64,000 bases of DNA, taken from contig OX597814.1 of NCBI GenBank assembly GCA_951406725.2, positions 3,100,001 through 3,164,000 of the forward strand, written 5' to 3'. The first letter of the stretch is position 1, and every line of letters starts with the position of its first letter. Both the position numbers and the translations under genes were made by a program. This DNA is from Octopus vulgaris (taxonomy: Eukaryota). Positions 11,899-25,206 of the stretch are shown one piece after another. Below the pieces are notes generated by a model. That model saw only the letters and a program-made list of their open reading frames with translations, ran no database searches and was not told the DNA's origin.

Positions 11899-12042
11899 TG
11901 ATTAGGGTAAATGTTTTTGATTTTCCTTTGATTTCTGAATTACTACTATTTAGCGGTTTGAGTTTGACTGCTCTTTCTGGTGAGTCGAATGGCCTATCAG
12001 GGCCATTCCTTAATATTGTTGAAAATATACATATATAGATAA

Positions 12043-12112
<70 letters not shown>

Positions 12113-12152
12113 TTTTGTGATATTTCTGCTGCTTTTTAATAAAGTATTTATA

Positions 12153-13117
12153 TCTCATCTCACTCTATATAAACGGCAGTTTGTCTGTCTGTGTGTCTGT
12201 GTGTCTATCAGGTTGTACCCTCACCCTGACTACGGCTTTCAACCGATTCTGATGAAACTTGACACACACATAGCCCAATGTCATAATTCAAAACTAACGC
12301 AGCGAAAATTTTGAAAAGTTCCCCAGTTCTGAAAAAAAAACGATAAATTCGACATGGGGTCGAGAATCAGAAACACAAACCACAGACTGTCTAGGGGACG
12401 CAACTCGACCTTTTTAACTTTCAACTCCATCAATATCCAGCTACTTGAAGCTATTCCTGGTGATGTCCACGTCAACAAATCTATTGATAGGACAGCAGAC
12501 CCCGCCGAGCTTGCCGATTATCCTGTTGAATTCCTGAATTCACTTGAACCGCCAGGCCTGCCGCCACACATCCTGAAGTTAAAAGTCAGTGCGCCCATTA
12601 TGCTCATCAGGAATTTGGTTCCAGCTAAACAGTGCAACGGCACACGTCTGGTTGTGAAACATTTGCCACCACATTTAATAACGGCCACAATACTTACCAG
12701 TTGTGGGAAGAGAAAGGACGTCTTCATTCCACGCATGCACCTTCAACCGTCGGGCGCTGACCTACCAATCCACTTTAGGCGTTCTCAGTTTCCTGTTAAA
12801 CTCTGCTTCGCAATGTCCATCAATAAATCCCAAGGCCAAATGCTACAAGTCGCTGGGTTACATTTGGGCGAACAGTGCTTCGCCCACGGTCAACTCTACG
12901 TGGGCTGTTCACGCGTTGCGAGGCGCAATGATGTTTTCATGTTTTCGCCCAAAGGGACAGCTAGGAACATCGTATACACAGAAGTATTCGAGTGAAGAGA
13001 AGACATTGCAACCTACACATGCGCCTGCGTTCCCTAGAGGGAATGGACTAGATTGGGATTAGTCGTTGCCTACTAGGGGCTCTTACATACCCGGGCAATG
13101 CCGGGCTATGCTGCTAG
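12153..13117 (+). mobile_element. Non-autonomous Helitron retaining the C-terminal part of the RepHel PIF1-like helicase
   Basis: 5' TC after an A (exact start approximate). 3' GC hairpin cccgggcaatgccggg and CTAG (13114-17) followed by T. Confidence 0.9.
12354..12995 (+). pseudogene. Helitron PIF1-like helicase C-terminal ORF fragment (213 aa)
   Basis: Contains YPVEFLNSLEPPGLPPHILKLK, CNGTRL, RRSQFPVKLCFAMSINKSQGQ and HGQLYVGCSRV. Rep domain and helicase motif I are absent. Confidence 0.9.
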
Positions 13118-13489
13118 TATATATATAATAGTAAGCTAACGGTAGACACGAAAATTGCATTCTAGAGAGCTTAACTTCTCAGCACACTGCTTTATGACAG
13201 TGAAACTGAATACATCCACTCCGCATAAGAGCAGTATCTCAATGCCTTCGGTTTATACGGCATGGAACGAGACAAAGGCTGAAAAGAAGTAGACGCTTGC
13301 TGGTGAACGAAAGAAAATTCAATGAAAAATAGTACCCAGACACACTGCAGCCTGGATACCACTCGCATGTGGACATAAAATGTCACGGCAGATGATGCTC
13401 TGCAAAAAGATCAAAACAAGATTTTGTGACAGATACCTCCAGTAAATAACTCTAGAGCCTATAATGTCAAATGTTACTGTTTATAAATA

Positions 13490-13879
13490 AGGAGTGGCTG
13501 TGAGGTAAGTTCCGGGTTCAGTCCCACTGCGTGGAATCTTGGGCAAGTGTCTTCTGCTATAGCCCCGGGCCGACCAATGCCTTGTGAGTGGATTTGGTAG
13601 ACGGAAACCTAAAGAAGCCCGTCGTATATATGTATATATATATATGTGTGTGCGTGTGTTTGTGTGTCTGTGTTTGTTCCCCTAGCATTGCTTGACAACC
13701 GATACTGGCGTGTTTATGTCCCCGTCACTTAGCGGTTCGGCAAAAGAGACCGATAGAATAAGTACTGGGCTTACAAAGAATAAGTCCCGGGGTCTAGTTG
13801 CTCAACTAAAGGCGGTGCTCCAGCGTGGCCGCAGTCAAATGACTGAAACAAGTAAAAGAGAAAAAAAAAGAGTAAAGAG
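13490..13879 (+). mobile_element. SINE family B
   Basis: Head ggagtggctgtg..ggttcagtccc, body cttgggcaagtgtcttc, internal (TA/TG)n, tail gactgaaacaagtaaaagag. Confidence 0.9.
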
Positions 13880-14618
13880 TATCTGCAAAATACTTTGTAT
13901 TAATTAGTATTAATTGTCCTATCGCCATTACAAAATGATATCTAATCATACAGATTTCTTGAAATTTTTTTTTTTCAGGATAAATGAGCTTAAAGTGCGG
14001 CCTTCATCGAGCTCTTGCTCTGGCGAAACTTTGGCAGTACACGTCCTATTTGAACATATTTCAATTTGATGTTGAACAGATAGGAAATTTCAGGCATTTG
14101 AAGTTATTTAGGAAAAGATTTTGGAAAATGGTTTTGGGCGAGATGTGGGATGGGCGTAGGAATACAATAGCCGTGCAAAATCCTGAGGGCATGTCATTTA
14201 AATGTGCATGTATGTATGCAGTGTACAACAAAGTAGTTCTGAGAAGCAGCGACCAGTGTAAAGGAAGGTGACAGAGAGGGGACACAGCACAGCCCTTACC
14301 AGAAGCCAGAGATCGAAAGGTTTTGCAGAGTCAATCTTTTCTAGTCAGACGGGTCTGCTTCGTTTTCGATGTGGTCTTCAATTTTCGGTGCGAGTAGCGT
14401 CGGCCTTGTTTCAGAATATGTAAGATGTTATTGTTTAGGCCAAGGTAAAGTCTGACCTATGATCAATGACATTCCATACATGACAGTCCAACCTTATTAC
14501 GAACATTTAAAAAAATGAGTTTATTTCATGAGTTTTTCCATTATTTAAAGATGTGACCTGAGGAAGATTTGGCTGGTATTTCGAGCAGATTGAGAAACAC
14601 GTAGACACGCACACTAAT

Positions 14619-14831
14619 CTTTTACTTGTTTCAGTCATTAGAGTGCGGCCAGGCTGGGGCACTGCCTTCAAAATATTTAGTCGAACGAATTGACCCCAGT
14701 ACTTACTTTCTTAAAGTTTGGTACTTATTCTATTGGTCACTTTCACCGAACCGCTAAGTTACGGGAATGTAAGCAAACCAACACCGGTTGTCAGACGGTG
14801 GCGGGGGTCATACACAGACGCAAACATACAT

Positions 14832-14899
<68 letters not shown>

Positions 14900-15026
14900 G
14901 GCTTGTTTCAGTTTCCTTCAAACAAATCTTTTCACAAGGCTTTAGTCGGCCGAGAATTTAAAAGAAGACAACCGCCTTGGATGCCATGCATGGGACTGAA
15001 CCCGAAACCACAGCCACGCCTCTGCC
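14619..15026 (-). mobile_element. SINE family B (diverged)
   Basis: Reverse complement of the family B pattern. Confidence 0.8.
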
Positions 15027-15179
15027 TTTTCTTTAACGATGGCTGATAATCAGTGCTACAGGATGTAAAGTAAGTAGTCCATATTTTTTATCGGTTAATC
15101 TTTAACCGTTATCACTCAGATAAGTCAAGTTAAAATTCTTTTGCAATGTTATAAATTAAAAAGGCGAGCTTTTTAAAAA

Positions 15180-15660
15180 GGGTCGATAAATTAAGTACCA
15201 GTTACATACTGAGGTCGATCTAATCGACTGGCCCCTCCCCCAAAAATTTCGGCCCTTTTACCTAGAATAGAAAAGAATATTATGAAATAAAAAGGCGGTG
15301 AGCTGGCAGAATCGTTAGCAAGCCGAGCGAAATGCTTAACGGTATTTCGTCTTCAGTTACGTTCTGAGTTCGAATTCCACCGAGGTCGACTTTGCCTTTC
15401 ATCCTTTCGGGGACGATAAATAAAGTACCAGTTTCGCACTGGGGTCGATGTAATCGACTTAATCGTTTGTCTGTCCTTGTTTGTCCTCTCTGTGTTTAGC
15501 CCTTTGTAGGTAGTAAAGAAATAGGTATTTCGTCTGTCTTTACGTTCTGAGTTCAAATTCCGCCGAGGTAGACTTTGCCTTTCATCCTTTCGGGGGTCGA
15601 TAAATTAAGTATCAGTTGCGTATTGGGGCCGATGTAATCGACTGCCCCCTCCCCAAAATA
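15180..15660 (+). mobile_element. SINE family A cluster (fragment, full unit 15292-15522, and a second unit with a variant tail)
   Basis: Junction aaagaaata|ggtatttcgtc near 15523. Confidence 0.85.
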
Positions 15661-15898
15661 TTACCAGAAAATATTCTGAATTAAAAAGTACTAAAATACA
15701 ATCCACAGACATTCAACTGTTTATTCCGCCATCTGGTGTCGAGTTTTGAAAAAGGCGGAAATTGTGAAGAAAGAACCCCTGCTGTATAAAGTACTTAAGG
15801 GACTTCAGTTGGGGAGATGGCCCTTCTCTATAATTGGCTATATGTTTGTTTAATTAGGTCTGAAATATGTCAACTATCAGTGTGTTGGTATGTGAGCA

Positions 15899-15933
<35 letters not shown>

Positions 15934-16473
15934 CAGTCATATATGTATACGTATGTTAGTATGTATGCATATTTATATACGTATATATGTACGTGTACGA
16001 CGATAAGTATTTGCTGCATTTCTTTGACGGCAGCTCGTGTATCTTTCTACATAGAGTGTTAAATGCATATTTAATATTTTCTTCCATGTGTAACACATAA
16101 ACACACACGTTTATACATACAAACAATATAAACATCCACGTACGTGTATAATACGTAGAAAATATATAGACAATGTCATAGGAAACACGCAAACCATTTG
16201 AAGAATATATTTGCGTGACTGTGTAAACATATGGCAGACATACTTATACGTGTGTGTGTGTGTGTGTGTGTATTTATTACATTTTATATACACATGTAAG
16301 CGTGTGCGAGGGGGTTCTGTATATGTATGTGTATATGCAAGCCGGTATGTATATGTATATATGTGTATGACATGTGCATGACATGTGTATACATATACAC
16401 ATATATGAATTTATATATGTACGCATGTATCTATGTATGTACGCATGTATACATATGTTTGTATTTATGCATT

Positions 16474-16553
<80 letters not shown>

Positions 16554-16568
16554 TATATATATATATGC

Positions 16569-16603
<35 letters not shown>

Positions 16604-16863
16604 GAAAGAGAGAGACATAGAGACATATATATATGTATATATATATATACACACATGTATGTATACATGTATGCATGTATATATGCGGCAATAAAAACAT
16701 TTAATAGACATCATGCCGCTGGTATGTATCGTCATTAGTTGGCAAATAATGGGATGTAAACATTGTCATATGTGTCTGCACCACCTCACCCTCCCCTCAC
16801 TCATACATACATTATACATACATACATGCATGCGTGTTTGTGTGTTCCTATGTGTGTACGTAA

Positions 16864-16909
<46 letters not shown>

Positions 16910-16946
16910 CTAAATACATGTTTATGTATGTATATATATATATAGT

Positions 16947-17345
16947 CTTTTATTGTCATTCTTTCATTTGTTTCAGTCATTCGACTGCGGCCATGCTGGA
17001 GGCCCGCCTTTAGTCGAAAAATATCGACCCCAGGACTTATTCTATCGGATCCTTTGGCCGAACCGCTAAGTCACGGTAACGTAAACACACCAACATCGGT
17101 TGTCAAGCGATGGTGGTGGTGGGGGTGGGCGACGAATACAGACACACAAATATATACATACATATATATAAATATATATGTGACGGGCTTCTTTTTAATT
17201 TCCGCCGATCAAATCCGCTCAGAAGGCCTTGGCTGGCCTGAGGCTATAGTGGAAGACACTTGGCCAAGGTGCCACGCAGTGGGACAGAACCCGGAACTAT
17301 GTTGTTGGTAAACAAGGTACTTACCACACATCCACTCCTGTGCCC
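16947..17345 (-). mobile_element. SINE family B
   Basis: Reverse complement match to family B. Confidence 0.85.
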
Positions 17346-17350
17346 TTGTA

Positions 17351-17441
<91 letters not shown>

Positions 17442-17445
<4 letters not shown>

Positions 17446-18855
17446 TTGCTTGGCATCATTTCTGTCTCGGGAGACAATGGAGTTGCGCATAAAGTAGTCT
17501 AGTCCGGCTTTTATATTTCATGTCCTGATACATTTCCTGCTGTGGCTGTGTAGTCCTATCCTGGACAAACACTCCCTCTGGCAGGTACCGCAAATGTAGC
17601 GAAGACTGTTCCTGGCTGGTTGTAATGCCATAGTCTCTTGTTGACGTCTCTTCTTTTCTTTCCATTTCTCCTCTCTCTCTCTGTCACTCCTTTGTATTCC
17701 CTCTTTTACGGTACGTCGCCATACTCCACGGTTGCCGGCAACTGCCTCCCAACCGCTAATATTGATGTTGCAGACCTTCATGTCCCTTTTGCAAACATCC
17801 TTGTAACGTAAGATCGGTCTACCCACAGACCTAGTACCCCTAGCAAGCTCTCCGTAGAGTATGTCCTTGGGGATTCTGCCATCTTTCATACGGCTAACAT
17901 GCCCAAGCCATCTCATGCGTCTTTGTGTGAGGAGTGCAAACATGCTTGGTATTCCTGCTTGCCTGAGGACATCTTTGTTGGGGATATGATTCTGCCATTT
18001 GATGCGGAGGATTTTTCGGAGGCAGCGCAGGTGAAAGATGTTTAGGCGACGCTCTTGGCGTGTGTATAGCGTCCAGGTCTCACTTCCATAGAGTAGAGTG
18101 CTGAGTACACATGCCTGGTAGATCTTCACTTTCGTGGTCTTGGTCAGCTTATTGTTGTTCCAAGCCCGTTTGGAGAGTTGGGCCATCGCAGCAGCTGCCT
18201 TGCCAATGCGTATATTGAGCTCAGCGTCAAGGGATAGGTTGTAGGTGACGGTAGAGCCCAGATAGGTAAACTTCTCCACCTCTTGTAATCTGTGGTCTCC
18301 AATATGTATGTTTGGGATGTCCGATGTAGCCTGGCCCATGATGTTGGTCTTCTTAAGGCTGATAGCTAAGCCAAAGTCGTTACATGCTTGCTCAAAACAG
18401 TTAATGAGCCTTTGGAGGGCTTCTTCTGTGTGTGTTACCAGAGCGGCATCATCAGCAAATAACATCTCCTTGATCAGGACGTTTCTGATTTTGGTCTTGG
18501 CATGCAGGCGCGAGAGATTGAAGAGTTTCCCGTCACTTCTACTGTGCAGAAACACTCCATCATCTGATGTCTGAAAGGCATGTGAAAGTAAGAGCGAGAA
18601 GAAGATGCCAAACAATGTAGGAGCGAGGACACAACCTTGCTTTACCCCGTTTTTTATTTGGAAGGCGGCTGATGTTGAACCGTTGTGCTGTATGGTGCCT
18701 TGCATGTCATCATGGAAAGACTTGATGATCCTCAGCAGCTTTGGTAGACATCCGATTTTTTGGAGCAGGATGAAGAGGCCTGTTCTGCTTACCGAGTCAA
18801 AAGCCTTTGTTAGATCAATGAAGGCCATATATAATGGCATTTTCTGCTCTCTGGA
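17442..18855 (-). mobile_element. 5'-truncated RTE-clade (BovB-like) LINE with a stop-free RT/C-terminal frame of about 445 aa
   Basis: [48 protein letters not shown] and a C-terminal CxxC...H..KC motif. Short 3' UTR. Inserted in (TA)n. The N-terminus of ORF 17518-18969 is microsatellite. Confidence 0.95.
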
Positions 18856-18857
18856 CA

Positions 18858-18926
<69 letters not shown>

Positions 18927-19115
18927 ATATGTGTGTGTGTGATGTGTGTGTGTTTATGTATATATACATTTTTATTTATGTATATATATATATATATATA
19001 CATTGTTGTATTTGGGGATGGTCAAGTTGCCAGTTTAGCCAATAAAACACACGCACAATATATTTGGTGTTAATTTGCTTCAGCATTATTCTATTTTTTA
19101 CATTAATCGTATTTC

Positions 19116-19159
19116 GACCAGAGTTCTTTCGTCACACTTCTGTGACCGCATCAGTGGTC
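19116..19159 (-). ncRNA. Minimal type I hammerhead-like motif (variant core CUGAUGCG)
   Basis: GACCA-CTGATGCG-GTCAC-agaagt-GTGAC-GAAA-GAAC-TC-TGGTC. Stems I and II pair perfectly. Confidence 0.6.
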
Positions 19160-19322
19160 CTTTGCTTTCTCCTTTCTTATTTGTGTGTCTTTCCTTACTA
19201 CCGATCAGCCATTTTGTATTTTGTATTGTAATAAAAATATAAAATACACAATAAAATATAAAATACAAAATGGTTGATCAGTAGTAAGGAGAGACACACA
19301 AATAAGAAAGAAGAAAGCAAAA

Positions 19323-19366
19323 GACCACTGATGCGGTCACAGAAGTGTGACGAAAGAACTCTGGCC
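19323..19366 (+). ncRNA. Minimal hammerhead-like motif, inverted partner copy
   Basis: GACCA-CTGATGCG-GTCAC-agaagt-GTGAC-GAAA-GAAC-TC-TGGCC. Confidence 0.55.
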
Positions 19367-19517
19367 GAAATACGATTAATGTAAAAAATACAATAAACCA
19401 AATATGCAGTGTGTGTGTTTTATTGACTAAACTGGCAAGATGAACATCCCTAAATACAACAATATCTGTTTTCAACACACGATTTCACATCAAGAATCTT
19501 GCAAAACGAATATATAA

Positions 19518-19563
<46 letters not shown>

Positions 19564-19901
19564 GTAAAATTATGTATATATTATATATGTAGGGTTTTAC
19601 AGCTTAGATATATAGAAAATTGTGACGTATTTAAACTTCGATATGCAGCTATAAATACACGCACACTTGCGTATATACACACATACATATGTGTTTGTGT
19701 GTTTATATATGTATGTGTGTATATACACAAGTGTGTGTGTGTGTTTATAGATTTGTGTCTAAGTTTAAATACTTCATAAATTTTCTATGTATGTATGTAT
19801 ACGTATATATGCTGTCCGACGATGTCTTAGCTGGCCGAAAACTTCGAACTCACCGTCAAAATTGTTTTTTTGTAAGAAAAATTTTCTCTACAAAAGTAGA
19901 A

Positions 19902-20078
19902 AGGCGCAGGAGTGGCTGTAGTAAGTAGCTTGCTTACCAACCACATGGTTCCGGGTTCAGTCCCACTATCTTCTATTATAGCCTCGGACCGACTAAATCC
20001 TAGTCAGTAGATTTGGTAGAAGGAAATTGATAGAAGCCTGTCGTATATATACTCTTTTACTCTCTTTACTCTTTTACT

Positions 20079-20134
<56 letters not shown>

Positions 20135-20325
20135 ATATGTATATTTCTGTGTGCCTGTGTTTGTCCCCCCAACATCGCTTGACAACCGATGCTAGTGTGT
20201 TTATGTCCCCGTAACTTAGCGATTCGGCAATAGGGACGATATAGTAAGTACTAGGCTTACAAAGAATACGGTGCTCCAGCATGGCCGCAGTCAAATGACT
20301 GAAACGAATGAAAGAATTAAAGAAA
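19902..20325 (+). mobile_element. SINE family B (internally deleted)
   Basis: Family B head, internal microsatellite and tail. Confidence 0.85.
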
Positions 20326-20974
20326 AGAACAACCCCTTAGATTGATGCAAAATTGTTTTTAATAAAACTGAACAAAAAGAAAAAAAACCACGCTTTAAAA
20401 CACATTTCTATCTATTTGTACGTATGAATGTGCGATCACGTGCTTGGAGTGCGTATACAAGCGTTGTCATATGTTTCGGTTGCAAGTCGTATGGCAGACG
20501 CAGCTATTAGCAGGGCGCACCACCCTCCGCATGCTTCCGGTGCCCTCCTTTTCCATCTCACACCTCACCCCACACTCCACTTTTACGCTTGTAGTCAACA
20601 TTGTCCCCTCATAGCACAAACAATGTAACATACAACACAATAATGCTTGAAATACTTTCAAATTCACTGCTAGACGCCCATACTGTAGCAGCATTCTGGA
20701 AGGTATTTTTCGGTTTTACTTAATAAGCCATCTTTGAGGTCGCAGTATTTACCTATATTTCTTTTTATCGATTACGCTGGAAGTGGGTAATATAGTTTGA
20801 GTAAACCAGCCCTGAATGTTATGGGTCAATGAAGCGGAACAAAGTGCGATGCGGTTCGTTCGGTTGTAGCTTTGGTATGCTGAGTTCCCTGGTGCATACG
20901 AGCACGCACACACATAGAGATACACATGCATATATTTACGGGATGAACGATTGCACAAGTCGTAAATCACTCTG

Positions 20975-22424
20975 TTTGGATTCTCTGCTCTATGAATTCT
21001 ATGTATTCATGCCAGATTTGTTCTGTGACCTCTTGGCAGACGTCTACCATAACTGGTAACAGAAGGGGGAGAATTCCTACTGCTGTTAGCCGGGTTGTGG
21101 TGACAATGCTGAAGAAGGACGCCGACAATGGGAATGCAGTAAGGAAGTTTTGGCCCGTAACTCTACTAAGCACAGAGTTTAAGATTTTCGCTATAGGCGC
21201 AGGAGTGGCTGTGTGGTATGTAGCTTGTTTACCAACCACATGGTTCCGGGTTCAGTCCCACTGCGTGGCACCTTGGGCAAGTGTCTTCTACTATAGCCTC
21301 GGGCCGACCAAAACTTTGTGAGTGGATTTGGTAGACGGAAACTGAAAAGAAGCCCGTCGTATATATGTGTATATAAATATGCGTGTCTGTGTTTGTGTGT
21401 CTGTGTTTCTCCCCCTAGCATTGCTTGACAACCGATGCTGGTGTGTTTATGTCCTCGTTACTTAGCGGTTCGGCAAAAGATACCGATAGAATAAGTACTG
21501 GGCTTACAAAAGAATAAGTCCCGGGGTCGAGTTGCTCGATTAAAGGCAGTGCTCCAGCATGGCTGCAGTCAAATGACTGAAACAAGTAAAAGAGAAAAGA
21601 GAGAGAGTGTGTGAGCGGAAACATTGGCGCTTGTCGTCGGTAGCCTGGTCGGGGAAACGCGAATGTGTACAATCCCGAACAGGTCTATCCACGACAACCT
21701 CCATCTAACACGATATTTCGTAAAGAGGGCTGGGACCAAAGTTAGGATTCGGGGTGCTCTGATCAATTTGGATCAATTGGAAACGTTCGATAGGGTCGAC
21801 CATCGCTACTTGGAAACCGTCCTGAAAGCAGGCGGTTCCGGGCCACGTTTTCAGAGGCTGGATTGCTGCAATGCCAGCAGCACCTGCTCAGTGGTCAAAG
21901 TAAACGGTCACCTATCGGAACCGTTTAGCTTCGCTCGCTCGGTCCATTACGTCACCTATTCTGTACGTATTGGCACTCGGGCCACTGCTACGAAAGTTGG
22001 AACAGTTAAGGGGCATCCTTAACTGGAACATTGAAGGGCAGTGCCAGCGTACACGGACGATGTCACCGTTATGGTATCGGACACCTTCGAAGTGGAGACG
22101 GTCAGCACAGTCCTAAAGGAATATGAGTCGGTTGCAAGGGCTAAAATCCACGCTAACATCTGTGAATTTGCGGTTGAGTTCCTGGAGAGGAGAGGTCGAT
22201 GCAACCGGACAGCGTTGTCGGACGCTGGATTGACGGACCAGTTAAACTGCTCAGAAACTAGTCTGGTCTCCACCTCCAGGTGAATAAGAACAGGGACGAG
22301 GTGACGAACAAGGGTGGGGGGCTAGTTTTACCCAGAAATGGGATTGATAGGAAGTTGTCCCTGAATGTTCGGTGGTGAATGCCTACATCGCCTCTATTAT
22401 AATTTATCGACTGACCTTCACGCC

Positions 22425-22425
<1 letters not shown>
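20975..22425 (+). mobile_element. Decayed L1/Tx1-clade LINE RT region, interrupted by a SINE
   Basis: YEFY.., FWPVTLLSTEFKIFA, RSIHDNL, LINLDQLETFDRVDHRYL and AYTDDVTV, with frameshifts. Confidence 0.85.
21195..21603 (+). mobile_element. SINE family B, full length, nested in the Tx1 LINE
   Basis: Near-consensus family B sequence. Confidence 0.92.
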
Positions 22426-22460
<35 letters not shown>

Positions 22461-22461
22461 C

Positions 22462-22561
<100 letters not shown>

Positions 22562-22969
22562 ACATCAGTCGGTATGACTTACTACTACTACTTTCATTGT
22601 CAATGTTACAGCACTAATCGTTGTTGTTGTTGTTGTTGTTGCTATGACTCCTTTAGTCTCCCCATAAACTCTTGCCGTTGGCCATGTTTTTCTCATTAAC
22701 AACAACAACAGCAACAACAACACTCTTGTCATGTTATTGTTCTCATATCTTACAGGGATAGTCTTTATTCTCTTCCTCGTTTTCCACCTCTCCCTTCTCT
22801 CCTTCTTTCCCCTTATTTCTATAAATAAATTGGTGGTGGTGAAGGTGATGATGGTGGTGTTGGTGGTGGCGGTGGTGGTGGTGATGCTGCTGCTCCCACG
22901 GCCGCTGCTGCTACTTCCCATATTAACTATTTTCGTTGCTCCAATAACTTCATGGCGCATAATTTCAAC

Positions 22970-23190
22970 TTTTACTTGTTTCAGCCGTTAGACTGCGGCC
23001 CATGCTGGGGCACCGCCTTCAAGAATTTTAGTCGAATGAATCGACTCCAGCACTTATTCTTTTCAAGCCTGGTACGTGCTTTGTCGGTTTCCTCTGCCGA
23101 ACCGCTAGGCTACGGGACGTAAACACAGCCATGCTGGTTTTCAACGGACAGTGAGGACATGCAGACACACACACACACACACACACACAT

Positions 23191-23233
<43 letters not shown>

Positions 23234-23238
23234 ATACA

Positions 23239-23326
<88 letters not shown>

Positions 23327-23693
23327 ATATATGCCTATATATTCTTTTATTTGTTTCAGTCGTTTGCTTGCGACCATGCTGGAGCAAAGCCTTTAGTCGA
23401 ACAAATCGACCCCATGACTTATGTTTTGTTAGCCTTGTTCTATCGGTGTCTTTTGTTCAACCTCTAAGTCACGGGGACGTAAACACACTAGCATCCGATG
23501 GTTGGGGGACAAACACACATGCAAAAACATATATATATATACAACGGGCTTCTTTCAGTTTCCGTCTACCAAATCCACTCACAAGACTTTGGTCGGCCCG
23601 AGGCTATAGCAAGAGGTGCTAGGCAGTGGGACTGAACCTGGAACCATGTGGTTGGTAAGCAAGCTATTTACCAACACAGCCACTCCTGTGCCT
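22970..23693 (-). mobile_element. Two SINE family B pieces (3' half 22970-23170; near-full copy 23345-23693)
   Basis: Reverse complement matches. Confidence 0.8.
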
Positions 23694-23877
23694 ATTTATG
23701 TGCGCGCGCTTATGGGTGTGTGTGTGTGTGTGTGTGTTTGAAGTGGTGTACATATATTGTATAGTGAGTTTATCGAACTCGTCAAGCCAGATGTCAATTT
23801 TGTCTCGGCAAGTTGGATAAACGAACGAAAGCGCTAATGAAGAATTATCTAAAATTCTAACTGCCTCCTTTTTCTCT

Positions 23878-23953
<76 letters not shown>

Positions 23954-24314
23954 ATTATAAACCTCGCTAAGATAAATATTTCAATTAACCTGAAGATTGA
24001 CTGTAACCATAACTCGAATTATTACGAATTGTACAGCCAATAAACGATCGTAGTGTTTTACTCTTTATCTTTTATTAAACTTTTAATACTTTTGATATAT
24101 ATTTAAAATAATATAAATTAATTAATTTTATGTATTGGCTTATGTTTTTCATTGTTTGATTTGCCTAATAGTGGTTTTATTTCTAATTTAATATAATATA
24201 ATATATTTTACTATAAAATTGGATTTAATCCTAAATATGATTTTTCCCTGTAAGTTTGGATTTATTCCCTAATATTTTATTATATATATATATATTTACA
24301 TATATACATATAGA

Positions 24315-24472
24315 TGACGGGCTTCTTTTAGGTTCCGTCTACCAAATCCACTCACAAGGCTTTGGTCGTCCCGAGGATATAATAGAAGTCACTTGACCAA
24401 GTTTCCACGCAGAGGGATTGAACCCGGAACCACGTGGTTGGGAAGCGAGCTACTTACTACACCCCTGTGCCT
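24315..24472 (-). mobile_element. SINE family B 5' half
   Basis: Reverse complement of the head and body. Confidence 0.8.
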
Positions 24473-24709
24473 ACGTCTATCACGTGCACCGCCGACGCTA
24501 TCACGATCACCTTCTTTATCCTCACCATCTCTATCCTCATCTAACATCGCCATCGGCAACAGCACCACCACCACCACTGACACCGTTAGCTTCGACATCT
24601 TCATCATTCGAACAATCTTCGCCTCCACCGCCTTAATCTCCACATCATCTCCACCACCGTCAGGATCCTAACCTCATCATCTTGTCATTACATTGCCATC
24701 AATATCGAT

Positions 24710-24793
24710 ATCATCATCATCTTCATCATCGCCATCATCATCATCATGATCATCTTCATCATCATCATGATCATCATCATCATCATCATCTTC

Positions 24794-24853
<60 letters not shown>

Positions 24854-24892
24854 TTCATCATGATCATGATCATGATCATCATCATCATCTTC

Positions 24893-24949
<57 letters not shown>

Positions 24950-24952
24950 TTC

Positions 24953-25009
<57 letters not shown>

Positions 25010-25051
25010 GTCATCATCATCGTCATCATACTCGTCATCATCATCATCATC

Positions 25052-25112
<61 letters not shown>

Positions 25113-25123
25113 CCATCACCATC

Positions 25124-25157
<34 letters not shown>

Positions 25158-25175
25158 CCATCACCATCTTCATCG

Positions 25176-25206
<31 letters not shown>

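Larger units (their letters stand above)
11198..12024. mobile_element. Interleaved inverted-repeat element (A-B-A'-B') carrying hammerhead motifs; Penelope-like terminus candidate
   Basis: A (11198-11265) pairs with A' (11586-11638). B (11296-11579) pairs with B' (11741-12024). Bounded by TA-rich microsatellites. Confidence 0.8.
19002..19463. mobile_element. Long inverted repeat (arms of about 200-220 bp) with a minimal hammerhead-like motif in each arm
   Basis: About 19002-19225 is the reverse complement of about 19262-19463. Confidence 0.85.

Noticed and set aside
12249-12262. CTGATGAAAC as a hammerhead core
   Set aside because: No stem II or cleavage arm. It is part of the Helitron 5' region.
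12354-12995. Host PIF1 helicase gene
   Set aside because: Intronless fragment bounded by Helitron termini and lacking the N-terminal helicase motifs.
19814-19855. CCGACGA...GGCCGAAA hammerhead-like string, and similar partial strings near 4880 and 26480
   Set aside because: Stems too poorly paired or one half missing, so they cannot be supported individually.
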